In this document: positions 26,306 to 40,389 of the stretch, piece after piece
Position numbering within the stretch: the first letter of the stretch is position 1
Layout of the letters: each line of letters opens with the position of its first letter
Source: Negaprion brevirostris
Taxonomy: Eukaryota
DNA length: 64,000 nt
NCBI GenBank assembly: GCA_030324005.1
Contig: JARDVH010000001.1
Location: 86,097,106 to 86,161,105, forward strand
Reading direction: 5' to 3'
Notes under the pieces: generated by a model
The model's input: only the letters and a program-made list of their open reading frames with translations
Databases searched by the model: none
What the model was told of the DNA's origin: nothing
Position numbers and translations under genes: made by a program

Positions 26306-28434
26306 TTGCCATTATATTACCTGTGGCAGAGAGAGATTCAAACTAAATAGGTTGCCATCAGTTTTTACTTCACAGCCTGGTGAAGGGCAATATTCTACCA
26401 ATATTCTGAATTTACCTGAAATCCGGCATCCATAACCTTTCCTTCTTTGGGGACAGCCTGTAATTCCAGCAGTGGTAATTGCTTGTATCTGGGGCTATTG
26501 GGACTATAGAGCTGCTAGCCAACCCGACTGTTTGGCAACTCTCTAAGACAAAACTCCCTCCCCAGATGGGGCCAGAAGTCTCAACCTTTGACAATTAATG
26601 CCCCAGACAGCAGGCCTATAAATCCTGTCCATAAAATTCAGGGTCCTTGTGAAAGGACAATTTCAAAGTCTGCAGATACAAAACATGGAAGAATTGTGGA
26701 GCAGAAAGAAAGAGTAGAACTTCAAAAGATAGACAAATTGGTGGAGTAGACAGATTAACAATTATGTGATGCTGTTAAGTAACAATACTGTCTTTCAGAT
26801 CTAAATGTGCATACCAAAGATCCTATGCTAATATTCAAAGAGAAGCAACATGCTTTCCACATTATTAACGTTGTGTGAAGGAGTTAAAGAAAAACAATCA
26901 ACAAGTCATTTGTTGTTTTTTGTAATTTGATGAGGGCATTAGCTGATTGTTTAGAAACATTGTACAGGGATACATATTATTCCTGAGAATAATATGGTTG
27001 TCCAAATTTTTCTGTCCCACCCATGATGATGCCTACTGGTGTCATGGCTGGGAAATCTCACCCTACATAATTGTTTATTTTCTTTTACTTGTATAATCAG
27101 ATACATCACTCCTGTGTTGTGACTGAATTATCAACTTTGTTCGATTAAAGTACCAGTTATATAGTTAAATTACAAAGGTGCCTTTTGGTCAATCATAACC
27201 TATGAATTACCAAATCACTGTTGATAGTTTGGCCTCATTCCGATGTAGGGATTGGCTCAAGTTGATCATTGATAGTGTAACGATTAAAAAAAACATACAG
27301 GCATTAAATGAATAAAAAGATGGACTAATTTCAGGAAAAAAAAATTCTGTATTGTCTGGGACTACCTGAAAACTTCTGACCCAAAATAATTGTGTTCTTT
27401 TATCAGCCTAAGGAGCAGCCATTAAGACAGTTACAAATGCTAATGAGGTGTCTCATGCCCACAAGAGAAAATGGACTGCCCTGAGTGGAGTAAGAAAGGA
27501 CCTGCTCCACTGTGCACTGTGTGGAGAATGGCCTGAAAACTGTCCTAGGTTAATTAGTAGGCCTCTACACTATTGACCAAATCACAGATAAGATTTTTAA
27601 TCAAAGAACAGGTAACTTTAATTGTCCAAGATACCCCTGATAAATGGAGACAGTCATATTTTAATAAAAAAGGAGGATGAACTTTAATTCTTGTTTTATT
27701 GTTCAATGGTTCTCAGCAGTGTAACATTTCATGCAGAGAAATGGGGTAATTAAGTAACAGCAAGGTAGACACCTTTTGTTAGATTTTCAGATGAATGTGA
27801 CCCCATGAAATAGAAAACAGACAAAGTAATTTTGTGAAGTCATAAATGTTTTCACTTTAATTGAACAGATTATTAGTGAGCCCATGATTAGCCAAATGTT
27901 AGGTAAAGCATCAAATTAAAAACAATCATAAACTCCCATCTCAAATAGTGATCAATGTGATTTTCCATCTTGAGGCTTTTTTGATCATATCAAATTTCTG
28001 AAAAATGAGTGTTTTTCTGGGATATTTTCTTAATTACATAAATTAAGAGTTCCTTTGCGACTAAAAATGTTGGTAATTATGTAACTCAATTACCATGCAG
28101 TCACCAGTTAATGTGTTCTTTCTTTCTGACATTGTTATATTGCAAGAGTGGTTTGTGACTGGTACCACTTTAGGTTGCCTCTAAATTGACAATACTGAAC
28201 CATACTGCTGGATCCGTATTGCTCTCTGTTCACACATGTACAGTACTCTACAAGCATAAAACAATACTCATATTTTTGTTGTACGAAGTTAGATAGCTTT
28301 ATTCAGAAACATCCTAAAACCAGCTAAATCTTTAATCATAGAAAAGACCCAGCCTGATAGTTCAATCTTCATGAACATTGAAGTTTCAATTACAAGCTAG
28401 CTCTGTAACATTGAATATGATATTCAGCGTAAGG

Positions 28435-28805
28435 TTTGATTTGATTTGATTTATTATTGTCACATGTATTAACATACAGTGAAAAGTACCGTTTCTTGTG
28501 CTTTATACAGAGCATACCATTCACAGAAAAGAAAACAAGAGAATGCAGAATGTAACATTACAGTTATCACTAGGCTGGGGAGAAAAATCAACTTAATGTA
28601 AGTTAAGTCCATTCAAAAGTCTGACAGCAGCAGGGAAGAAACTGTTCTTTAGTCGGTTGGTATGTGACCTCAGACTTTTGTACTTCATCCTGATGGAAGA
28701 GGGTGGAAGAAGAACGTCTGGGGTGCGTGGGATCCTTAATTATGCTGGCTGCTTTTCCGAGGTAGCAGGAAGTGTAGACAGAGTCAATGGATGAGGGGCT
28801 GGGTT
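28435..28805 (-). mobile_element. Rex1/Babar-like LINE 3' end with (ATCAA)n tail
   Basis: Minus translation ..TNRLKNSFFPAAVRLLN, followed by a 3' UTR and the tail (TTTGA)3 on the plus strand. Confidence 0.8.
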
Positions 28806-29459
28806 CTCAGATTNNNNNNNNNNNNNNNNNNNNNNNNNNNNNNNNNNNNNNNNNNNNNNNNNNNNNNNNNNNNNNNNNNNNNNNNNNNNNNNNNNNNNNN
28901 NNNNNNNNNNNNNGGTTCTCAGATTTATGCAAAAAAGCAACGTATCCTCATCGTTCACAGCATCACTGGTGAGTTACATTACAGTTTTTTTACAAAAGTA
29001 TAAGACAACAGAGCTATTATTTTACTGTTGTTATATATGTGTTGAATAATAATCTAATAGGAAAACTGTAATGCTGTTCAAAAACCTAATCCAATTAGTT
29101 GCTGAGATCACAGCTGCACCTGAAATATTTTGACAGGAGTGCCAACATTCCACAATGTATGTTAGCCACAATATTCAGGACACTACCTTATTCGAATTTT
29201 GGGATTAATCAGTAAATACATCAGTTAAGGATGAGTTAACTGCAACCTTTCACTTTGTGTACGTATGTTAATTATTTAATAGTACTCAGGGATATATATA
29301 GGGGTTACAGGTGGCATTGAGTGTTTGGTGTGTGGATGTGGAGTTGCAAAAGAGAATAAAGTGAGTTTGTGAAGAAGCTGGATTTGCATCAACTTTTATT
29401 ACTGCACTGCAACTGAGAGGCTCAACACATCACCAACAATAAGCTATGTTTCAATGGGA

Positions 29460-29545
29460 TCAGGATATTGAATTTGATGATCAGCCATGATCATAATGAA
29501 TAGCAGAGCAGGCTCAAAGAGCCGAATGCTTTATTCCTGCTACTA
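29460..29545 (+). mobile_element. CR1 3' tail fragment
   Basis: GATCAGCCATGATCATAATGAATAGCAGAGCAGGCTCAAAGAGCCGAATG..CCTGCT matches the tail at 26218-26300. Confidence 0.7.
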
Positions 29546-30884
29546 GTTTTGGTGTTTCTAAAACTATTGCATGCAGCACATCTCCATTTTGCAAATCATT
29601 AGCATAATCGCTATATGTTCATTTTACAAATCAATTTGAAATACTGAGTCCGCCTTTGAGCTAATTATAGTTTTACCAAATTATACATTGACTCTCTTCT
29701 GATATAACTTCAATGTAATAATATGCACAGCAAAATTGTCATACACAAAAAATAAATTTTATTATTATACACTTTATCTTCATTTGAAAATAAAAAGGAG
29801 CCTATAATTCATTTGTAATAAAATATTTAGAACATTTGCATTACTCGTGACTTCATACAGATAAATAATTCAATATTAAATTCAGAACTGTGACTTCATT
29901 TTGTGGAATGGAAATCATACCTAAATGAAATGCTAGAAAGTTGAAAATCAATCACTAATACAGAATGGACCTGAATTATTATTGTACAACTGCACAGCAT
30001 TCATAAAACCAAAAGGAAAAGATTTTCCTAAGAACAAAACAAGAGAAACCTTTTGCTACTGTATTGACTTCAATGGTCCAGTTAAAACACATCAATACAT
30101 ATCTTGTACACTTACCATATGCCTAGATATAAAATATTCCACGAATTAGTTTGTTAAAGGCTCTGACAATTCTGTCTTTCATAGCAAAGCATCTAGCCTG
30201 CACTTACTACATTCCTTATGGCACAACTATGACAAAGAATTCACCTTTATAGAGGAACGTCAGCTAAAATCTATATTTAACCATATTCTGACGTAACTCA
30301 TGCAACCATCTTGCTTTTTTAAATTCTGTTTTCTAGCTGTATCTTTTTTACTTAATTTGTATATCTTTTATTGCTCTTTTTTCACTTCTATAGATCATCT
30401 ACAGATGCATCTTTGTATCTCTTTTTGCATCATTGTTATGCTTTTGAATGCCCCTAATATTGCAAGATGGCAAAATAATTGCAGAGAAGATTCTCAAACC
30501 ATCTTCAGATGTAGAATGTCTCTTTCATGTCATGTTGGTCAGATGCGAACATAATGCTGTTGCACCACAGTATTTCATTAAAATATATCTGAACTTACAT
30601 TTTAAAGTTTTAGCTAAATCATTAAATGTTTTCTTGAATTTAATGATTGGTTTGCCCTATGTTTCTCAACTTCATCCTGAACTAGTTTCGCAGAAATCTG
30701 AGATTTGTCGCCTACTTTTTCCTTCCTATAAACTTGAGTATTTTTTATCTCCTATTATAATGAATAATTGTACATTTTATCTTAATCATTCTGGGTTGTC
30801 AGCTCTGATTTCACATTTGTCTTACAGAAATGTTCATTTGAGAACATTAATTTTCTTCAGAACATTGCACAGCTTCACCTTTGT

Positions 30885-31440
30885 ACCAGCTCATCTCCTG
30901 CTGAAATCCTCATGCCTTTCTAATTTTTAAACTTCATTATACGAATGACTACTAGCTGGTCTCCCACAGTCTACCCTCTGTAAACTTGAAGTCATCCAAA
31001 ATTCACTCACCATTCACCATTCACTCACCAACCCTGTGTTTGCTGATCTACTCCCAGTCATGCAACATCTCAATTTTAAAATCCTCACCCTTGTTTTCAA
31101 GCACCCCTCCCCCTCTTTTTGTTTTGTTATCCAACCTTACAATTTTCCAAGATATATGTGCTCCTTTAATCCTGGCCTTTTAAGCATCTCATTTTAGTCA
31201 TACCACCCTTGGTTGCCACATTGTAAGCTCGCTAGGCTCTCAACTCCAGAATTCCCTCCCTTTACCTTTCCACCTTTCTATCTTGTTTTCTTTTTTTAAA
31301 ACATTCCTCAAAGCCAATCTCTTTGATCAAGACCCTAATATTTCCATATGTAACTTGGCATCACATTTTGTTTTGTAATGCTTCTATGAAGCATCTTGGG
31401 GTTTTAAAGCACTAATTGAATACAAGTTGTGATTGTTGTT
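30885..31440 (+). mobile_element. Decayed L2 LINE 3' end
   Basis: GCTGGTCTCCCA..CCCTCTGTAAACTTGAAGTCATCCAAAA..TTTTAAAATCCTCACCCTTGTTTTCAA..GAATTCCCTCCC..tail ending (GTT)n. Confidence 0.65.
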
Positions 31441-32382
31441 CAAATAACAATGGAATACGTAGCAAAATTTAAAGATCTTTGATTAGAACAAAAGATAACT
31501 TTTTAAAATTCTTTATTGGAATATATTCCAAATAGCTTCTATTACTGGAAACTAAACTGCAGTGACCCATCATGCAGGACATCACTATTGTTCACGTAAG
31601 TGGTCAGGGCTCAAAGTAAACCGATCTTACATGAATGTTAAAGTAAAAATGATTCTGTCCAGTTTTTCAATACGACTTCAAAAGAATAAAACATTAATCC
31701 AACACTAATTCTCATCCAAAAGAATTGTCTGGTAGAACACCATCTTTTCATACTTGCTTTAGGATTTTAGATTTTGTTTTGTAAGGTAACAATAATCTTT
31801 TTCCTCACGAAGCATTACAATCTTCATTTTCAGTACAAGGGCAACCATTGAATGTAATCTAAAAAATGAAATTTTGATTAAACTTTATTAGATTGAACAA
31901 AAATGGATTTTAGAGCCAATGTCACACTAAACATGCTGAGGTTAAAAAGCATGAAATGTGCTGTGTGTTGTCCCTAGTATAAAGGAAAATGAGTTGGAAC
32001 ATGGCTGACATGCAAGCTAGAGACAGGCTAACACCCATCATTAACAAGGTCCGTAGATTTCCATTGTGATCTATGTCTTGTTATTTGATAGTTTGTTTCT
32101 GATGCTCATCATGACACAGCATAATGTTACACTGTTTACTGTGGTATTGATATCTGATGAAAGCAAACAATGCACATGTTGGCACTGATTTGGTTACTAA
32201 TCTTAATTTACAGGCTTAGACAAAATGCAAAGGTATCAAACTAACATCAATGCATTGCCGGGTATCTGGATTTCCACATTTTTGTTTCAAAGTAATGCAT
32301 TCTTCTGATTTCCTTACTTTGTTTCAACTGGACAACATGTGCTGTTGTCCAGCAACATCTAACCTATGTTCTTCATATTTCA

Positions 32383-32700
32383 GCAATAGTTCGCATTTAT
32401 ATAGCACCTTTACCATAATGAAATGTCCCAAGGTGCTTATCATAGGAGCATTGGAAAACAAAGTTTGCTAGCAAGCCAAATGAGGAGATGTTCAGGTCTG
32501 ATGACCAAACGCTCAATCAAAAAGATATGTTACAAGGAGCGTCTTAAAAGAAGAAAGTGAGGTGAAGAGGTGCAAGCACAGAATTCCAGAACTTGTGGAC
32601 CAACCAAGGCAGCTGAAAACACGGCCACCAATATTCGAGAAATTATAACTGGGAATGCACAAGAGGATAGACTTAGAGGAGTATAGATATCTCAGGGCAA
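32383..32700 (-). mobile_element. Decayed L2 LINE 3' end
   Basis: GCATTTATATAGCACCTTT..AATGTCCCAAGGTGCTT..GGAGCGTCTTAAAAG..GAATTCCAGA..GCAGCTGAA is the reverse of an L2 tail. Confidence 0.7.
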
Positions 32701-35700
32701 TATGGACCTACTGCTAGTAGGTTTTTAGATGGGGGTTGGGGAGCAGGAATGGCGGTGGCCTGAGATGGCATGAATAGGCTTCTAACTGGATTCCCACTCA
32801 TTCAACCTCTCAGCAATTTTACATTGGGGCAGGCAAGGCCTCAGACTACAGCCTCCCTTTACCACAATTGTGGCCCTTTAATGGCCAATATTTTACCACT
32901 TAAGGGCCATTTCCCACCAAGTCTCAATTTTCGATGATGGCAGGAGGATCGCCCAGGTGTGGCAGAAGCCCGAAAATGATTAGATTGAGGCCTCATTCTG
33001 AACGTGGAAGGAGGGGAGATGCACTTCTATCAGAAGCCCCCCTTTAATTATGGATGCTGCCGTTGGACACCACACACCCCATGCCCGGCCTCTCCCCAAC
33101 ATCTCACTATCCACTCCATCACACCTTCCATACCCTCCCTACCCCGTGACCCTAAAAACACACCTATTAACTCAAGGGATTAGGTTTCTTTGATGTTACG
33201 AACTTCCACTTCTGCCCACTGCAACTTCTATCACTGCGGGGACTACAGAGCAATTAGGAATGCACACAAGGACAAGGTGGAACTTCCTTCTGAGTGAGAG
33301 TGGAAGTCCCGTCTGCAGGCAATTAACATTCATTCAGGCAGGAAATCGCGGTAAGGCAGGTAGTATCAGCAAGCACTCTTCAAATGGTGAATCACTGTGA
33401 CTAACAGAAAAATGACAATGAAGGAAAAAGAAAAGGCAATCATTACAGCAGTAGAAATACAAGAAATACAGGTAGAGCTAATGAACAACAGAAAAATAAG
33501 ATGGCACTGAAGGGAGGAAATTGAGGGATGAGGGAGGAATTGTTTGAAGAATGTGAAAAAATATATAAATAGATATCAGGAGGCAAGCAACAAAAAAAAA
33601 NNNNNNNNNNNNNNNNNNNNNNNNNNNNNNNNNNNNNNNNNNNNNNNNNNNNNNNNNNNNNNNNNNNNNNNNNNNNNNNNNNNNNNNNNNNNNNNNNNNN
33701 NNNNNNNNNNNNNNNNNNNNNNNNNNNNNNNNNNNNNNNNNNNNNNNNNNNNNNNNNNNNNNNNNNNNNNNNNNNNNNNNNNNNNNNNTTTGAAACTTGT
33801 GGAAGCAAGATCTAAATCACCATGGTCAAGAACTAACTTCACAACTGGAGTCATCTGCCAATGTCTTGCAAATATTTAACTGCCAAACAACAGTAGTTTG
33901 AGGTCTTTTGTGTCAGAAAGATGAATCATTTCCACACATGCTAATTAAAAGCTTCAAAAGTATCAGAGTTATTAGTGTGAGTCACAAACCATTCTGAAAC
34001 CTATAATTAAAATAAGGATCATATCCTTATGTCAATGTTTCTTTGCATCTTAAACTGAAAGGTTTAAGTATCAGTTGAAAACCCACTGTAATCAGCAATT
34101 TTTGGTCAAAGTACTGAAGATTCCTGCCAGGAGGGAAAGGAATCTAAAATATTGTCAAAGTTTATCCAATAGATTTAATGAGCACTAACATACAATTACA
34201 TCAAAAACCACAACAGGTTCTTTTGTACTCATGATGCTGCCTGAGCATTTCTCTCAAACAGAAATTCCAAATGTATATATTTTGTTGCATTCAGTTTATA
34301 ATGATTACAAATGTGTTAAAAAGATATTAATGTTTATAATATTTAGTAAATAACTTTGCTGTTATTGTTGCTCTTCCTGTACCTACTGGTACACAAGGTA
34401 GACTTCCATCTGCTCCATAGCGATGAATTTTTCCTGGAACAGGTCACTAGCTGGTCAGCAGAGGCTTATAAGCTTGAGGGGTACCAGTCCACATTAAGCA
34501 TGGCTAACCAGGAATCTCTACCTCTCTTACTGCCAGCCATTAGCATGTGACAGAAGCATTTTGCAGGTTGATACTCAACCTGTTGGTCGTGTCTTCAACT
34601 AATCTTCCTTGGCCATCAAGTCCTGGGTTGGGACTCAAACCCAACTTGGTTCAAGAGGCAAGGAGCGGCACCACAAGACCTCCAATAAATAACATGGGAG
34701 TACAAAGTACATATTTAGTGATAATGTTGCTAAATGAGTTTGTCTTTGTTACAAGTATCAGTGTAATATTTACTAGATCGCAATATACTTTATTTAAGAA
34801 CTAAATGCTTGCATTCTCCAGTTTTTGAGTGTTTCTATAATAATGAATGGATAGGTCAGCTATGTTTCCTAACTGATTACCAAGCACTCAAAATAACATT
34901 GAGCACAATATATATGAAGTGTTACTGAAGGTATATAAAACTTATTTTTGCCAATATTATTCACAATCTATATTCTGGAGGAAGAAGGCACTTTTCTTAA
35001 TTTGACCCCAAATTTCACTTTAATATTGGACACATTCTTCATTAAAAACACAAATCCAAATGTACTGCAAAGGAAATAACTTACCTCAAGGTATGGCATC
35101 ACTAATCATCTTATATTGTTTTATAAGTTATACTTCCACCCCAATATTTTACTATCGGCTAGCATTCCAAAAACTCATGATTGAGAATAATTTAAAGGGT
35201 AATTGCTGGTCTCCGATTGCAAATAAATTTCTGTTCATTCATCCACCCAGTGTACTAAATTATGCATGGTATTTTCATGGAATTGTTACCCGATTCTAAC
35301 TACAAACTAAGTTTTCTTTAAGCAAGTGGGCAATGGACCAGAAGTAGCTGGTGCTCAGTAGGACAGTAACACAAAGCAAAGGTTGAAACCTGTTTAAATA
35401 TATTACATAATTGTCACCTTTTTCCTGATATTTTCCCAAGTTGCCTTAGCCCAAGTTTATGGCAAAATTAACCATGACAATATTGTACTGGAAATGATAA
35501 AATATTGCCCCAGTAGTTACACAGCAATCTTCATAATAATTGATGCAATGGCTTCAGGCTTTATTCAATCCCTTCTATAATCCTTGCACTGACACCTAAA
35601 TTGCAGTCATGTATAAATATATATGTGATATTTATATATACTTGACTCTTGCTGGGATTTATTTCTCAAACTACAGACCTATGGATTGATTTACCACAGC

Positions 35701-36029
35701 ACTACCAAATGAATTCCAAACATGACATGGTTTTTAAAAACTAAATTATGTAAGCTTATTAAAGAATATGATCTAACCCAAACATATTGGTTCAGTGCCA
35801 GTGTACAATGCTTGCTAAACCAATGACGTCATAATATAAGTCATTCCATTCATTCCTGCTTGATAATGTCACAGCAGGTCCTTCACTGCTGCGCAACAAA
35901 TAATAACAAGCATTGCTTAAATTAGAATGGTCTCTCTTTTAATTCAGTTTTTCTTTGAGGCAGTTGAATTCAACATCAATAGCAAACTGCTGAAGCAATG
36001 CCTACTGAATCTTCAAATAATTAACAACT

Positions 36030-36335
36030 TGGGTAGAATGCTTCGGCTAATAAAGGCAAGTATCCCATATGTCTTCTTAACCTTAATTAACCTGCCCTGT
36101 CACCTTCAGGAATCCATGGATATGCATTCCAAGGTCCCTGTGATCTTCAGTACTATCTAGGGTCCTACCATTCATAGTGTAATCCTTTGCCTTGTTAGCC
36201 CTCCTCAAATACATTACCTCACATTTTTCCAGATTGAATTCCATTTGCCACAGCCTGCCCATCAGATCAATCCATTATATCCTCCCACATTTTATGGCTA
36301 TCCTCCTCACGACTTACCACCCTGCCAATTTTCTG
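36030..36335 (-). mobile_element. Decayed CR1 RT fragment
   Basis: GCAAGTATCCCATATGTCTTCTT..CATTACCTCACATTT..ATTGAATTCCATTTGCCA is the reverse of WQMEFN.EKCEV. Confidence 0.7.
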
Positions 36336-36644
36336 GCAAATAATATTTCATTTAAAACCTCTCTCAATCCCTGTTCACAAAATGTGCAAATTAAACTCAG
36401 ACCCCACATGGCATTACAACTTCTGTAGGAACATTGCTTTTCGATTCCCTCTTTACCTCACATATTTATTTCAGTATTTTGATTCCCAATTCATGAACAG
36501 TACCAATGCCAAGATAGCCCTACAATGATAACCTGCTCTGTTGTATTGCACCTCGAGGCAGGGCAGCACTTACCAATTCACTACACTGCTGAGTCTAATT
36601 GTATGGTGGAGTGAAGAAAAGAAGTGAGGTTGGCGACATAATGC

Positions 36645-37003
36645 TTGTGTTTACACTAGACTAAAAATCCAGCAGTCCATACTAATGCTCTGGAGTTCAA
36701 AACCCAATATACAGCAGCCAATGGAATTTAAGTTCAATGAATAAATAAATTTGGAATAAAAAGTTAATCTCAGTGATAGCAATCATGGACCTACTGGATT
36801 GTTGTAAAAATCTACATGGTTCAATAATGCCCTTTAGGATAAAAAAATCTGCTGTCGGTATCTGGTCAGGCCTTCATGATTTTTAATTGTCCTCTGAAAT
36901 GGCCTAAGTTAGAAGGGATATCATCTTCTCGAGGGCAATCAGGGATGGATAACAAGCGTTGGCCTTGTCAGCGAGGTCCACATCCCATGAAAGAATGAAA
37001 AAA
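36645..37003 (+). mobile_element. tRNA-type SINE carrying the 3' tail of the CR1/L2-group LINE
   Basis: Box-B-like GAGTTCAAAACCC, internal TGGAATTTAAGTTCAAT..GATTGTTGTAAAAA..AATGCCCTTTAGG, and tail TTCTCGAGGGCAATCAGGGATGG..CACATCCCATGAAAGAAT. Confidence 0.7.
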
Positions 37004-37837
37004 TCATCATTGGCCATGATGAAAGATGGAAAGGAAAAGGAAGCAAAATTTTGTTAGAGCAACAGAGAAATGTGTCAGGGCAGAGGGTTTTCAGAGTATC
37101 CCAAAGGCAGAGGTTAGAAGAGTCTCAGAAACATAGCAGGTATCTTAAGAGACATGAAGTTTACAGAGCTTGGGTCGCCTCTGAAATTTGATCCAGATGG
37201 GAAGAGTTGGAATAGGCATGATATAGAACAACCTGCCTGCATCACTTTCAAAATTATGAAAATCCGTCAGGAACTCCTGTGCTAACTATTAATTTGCCAA
37301 GAATAATGATCCCCGACTAAGAAAAGTTAATATTTATAATCTTGTGAAGAATAATTTGATGTATTTGTATCTGTACTCATACATATGTGCATCTGGAAGA
37401 GGGTAACTGACACAGAAAGAGAGGATGAGTGCAAGTGATAAAGGTAAAATTCTCTCAGTTTCATCAAGTATAGGTTGAAAGGATTGCAAAGCAAACTGGT
37501 TCCATTCATCAGCAATCTATCCTACACAATTTTGCTCTTATGTGAGGAAGCCAAAGAGAAAAAAACAAGACTGCAAATGATCATGTAATGCCTAACTAGA
37601 GTAATTGCCAAATAATCCTGGTAGATATGTGCAAAAGATGCTGTACATTAACCAATGTTTTTCCTATTTACATTAATTGACAAGAATAGTAAACATAAAA
37701 ATCCAAAACAACTATATTTATTTATTTTGTCATTATTGCTTCTGTAAAATTACTTTTCTAACACAGAGGTAAAGCAACTTACAGGAGGAAAACTAGTTGT
37801 ATTCTCAACACAAATAATTCTTGGGCCAGTTATTTCT

Positions 37838-38325
37838 AGGTTGGTAGCACTTTAACCTCTGGGATATGGGCTGTGGATTCAAGTTTCCCTCCAGGACCAG
37901 AACACTAAACTCAAAAACTGACACTCCAGAGCAGGAGTGAGAGAATGCTGTACTCCTTCAAATTAAATGTTAAACCGAAACCCTGTCTTTCTTCTTAGGA
38001 GACACCATTTCAAAGAGGAACAGGGGAATTATCCTCAATGTCCTGGCCAACTTTTGTTCCTTAAATGATGATCCTTATCACATTACTGTTTTTGGAAGCT
38101 TGTTGTGTACAAACTGGCTGCTATATTTTCTGCATCACAANNNNNNNNNNNNNNNNNNNNNNNNNNNNNNNNNNNNNNNNNNNNNNNNNNNNNNNNNNNN
38201 NNNNNNNNNNNNNNNNNNNNNNNNNNNNNNNNNNNNNNNNTCACAACAATGGCTAAAATTCAAAATACTTAATTGGCTGTAAATTGCTTTGGTTGTGAAT
38301 GGTGCTAGATAAATGCAATTTCTTT
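37838..38325 (+). mobile_element. Deu-domain SINE (SacSINE1/AmnSINE1-related)
   Basis: tRNA-like head (GGTAGCACT..GGATTCAAGT), Deu-domain-like CTGACACTCCAG..GTTAAACCGA..GGAACAGGGGAATTATCC..GTCCTGGCCAA, and tail ATTGGCTGTAAA..GCTTTGG..TAAATGCAA. Confidence 0.8.
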
Positions 38326-40389
38326 CAGACAGCTACCTATTTAGGTCATTAGCTATTTTATATTGAAATATTATTATAAATATTATATAACATTCTTTTG
38401 ATACTAGTCTCCACACTTTATTCCTTTCTTCAATCTAAAATTCCTGCCATTTCTTAACAAGGCAGTAAAAAACAGCAACTGATATTTTAAATAGAGAATA
38501 ATCTACCTGCAGTTATCAGATTGAATTCAAAGAATATGGTGTCTTTATATAGCTCTTTAAACATTATATTACACCTTCTTGCACAATGATGACAGTACTC
38601 AGCTACGATGACAGCACTGGATAACCTCTCTGTGGACTAAAGAAAGGAACTCTAACATGTGCCATTGAAATGAAAGTGCTGCTTTCAAATTCCAACTATG
38701 GTCATATATTACCAACTGAAAAGACAAGAAAAGTATGCCTGCTTATTTAAAAATCAGTGAAACTGAAAGATGATGTACAGTACCACTATAAAGCTTTTGA
38801 AATAAGTTTGTTAAAAGGGAAGTTTGTGCCAGTAGCAATTATAACAATGTGACGCCACCTGTTGGTAAGTTTTTACTTCTTGTACTCATACTAGACTGCA
38901 ACAGCAGTTTGTTTACTGTCATTTTGCCCCCATATGTAAAAAAATTGTTAGTAAAACATTACCATTCCCACACCATCTTACCACTCTCAAATACTACTTA
39001 AATTGTTCAAACCTCATGTAATTTTTATTATACAGGATTTCTTCCTAACCTTTCTCCCACCTCATATTCAAAGTATCTTAATTATTTCTCCAAACATTTC
39101 TGCAATCACTGTTTGTTCTAAATAAGATGACAAAACTGCAATGGTCTTTGAAAAAATAATTTACAGGACTTGCATTTGGTTATTTCATCAATAATATTAT
39201 CTCATCATACTCTATTGGTTTTTTCAGATTAGAAAAATGGCAAACATTTTCAAAGAAATCTTTTAAATTGATGCCTGGTCTACAAACCATTGGAAATTTC
39301 CTATTTTTGGATACTGATGGAAATTGCATGGTGCTACATTAAAATTTAACAGAAAAGGTCAAATTAGTTAATTTCAATGCTTTACAAATATATGACCTAC
39401 TAATTATTTTATTGCCAATCACAATGGAGAAATTCCACTACACGCCAATCCCTGTACTAGAGCTGTTGCTAATTTATCCTTGAAAAGTCTATTTGCAATT
39501 CCAGCAATTCTAAAATAGTGCAGTATCTCGAATCAGTATTCTACAATTTTTATTTTTCTTAAGTGTGAAATGTGTAAATTTCTGCAAACTGAAGAGATAT
39601 CAATTCAAATGTTGCAAAAAAAAGAAATAAATGGACTGCATAAAGCATTAATGTTGTACGCAGCACTTTCACTTTTTATTTCAATTATACACAGCTTTCC
39701 CAATTCTACTCTGAACACCCCTTTTGAGTATTATATTAAATGGAATCAGATGGAAACAAAGTTAGCAATGATTCCAGCAAGATATTAAAGACACAAGAGA
39801 ACAAAAATAAATGGGACAGAAATGAAGGGATATAAAACAAATAGACACAGATTGTAGATCACAAACAAAAATGTATTGGATAAATAGAAACTGAAGAGGT
39901 AAAGAACAAAAGTGAGTAAAATTACACCAGTGCTAAAGGTAGAAGACATAACAATGCAATTAAGTGACAAACTGCCAAACAGCATCAGCAATCACTTATC
40001 CAATCACTCCAAATCCTCAACCGAGTAGCTACTGTTTTGTGCAATGGGCAGATTATTTCAAGGTGGAGGCCATCACAGGTGAACCTAGTATACCTACAAA
40101 CATGCACCTCTAACAATGGTAGCTATCATTATTTGGATAGTATAGTCAATTTTATCTGTTTGGGACACTGATTGTGATTTTTTTGCTGTGATCCAGGTGA
40201 GATTGGCTTAAGTTAAAATAGGCCAGATATCAAAGTTTATTTATCTGGCCACGTCCGCTCACTCCCACCATCACATAGTGTATTTACCCATTGAGCCATC
40301 AGATACTAACTTGGCAGATGTGTCTCTAAAAAGCAATCTTATTCTTTAAATAGATGGTCTTAAATGCCCAAATACCGTCCGACTATTTA

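Noticed and set aside
30448-30930. 160-aa plus-strand ORF and other short ORFs in AT-rich intron
   Set aside because: No domain similarity; composition is consistent with chance ORFs, and this one overlaps an L2 relic at its end.
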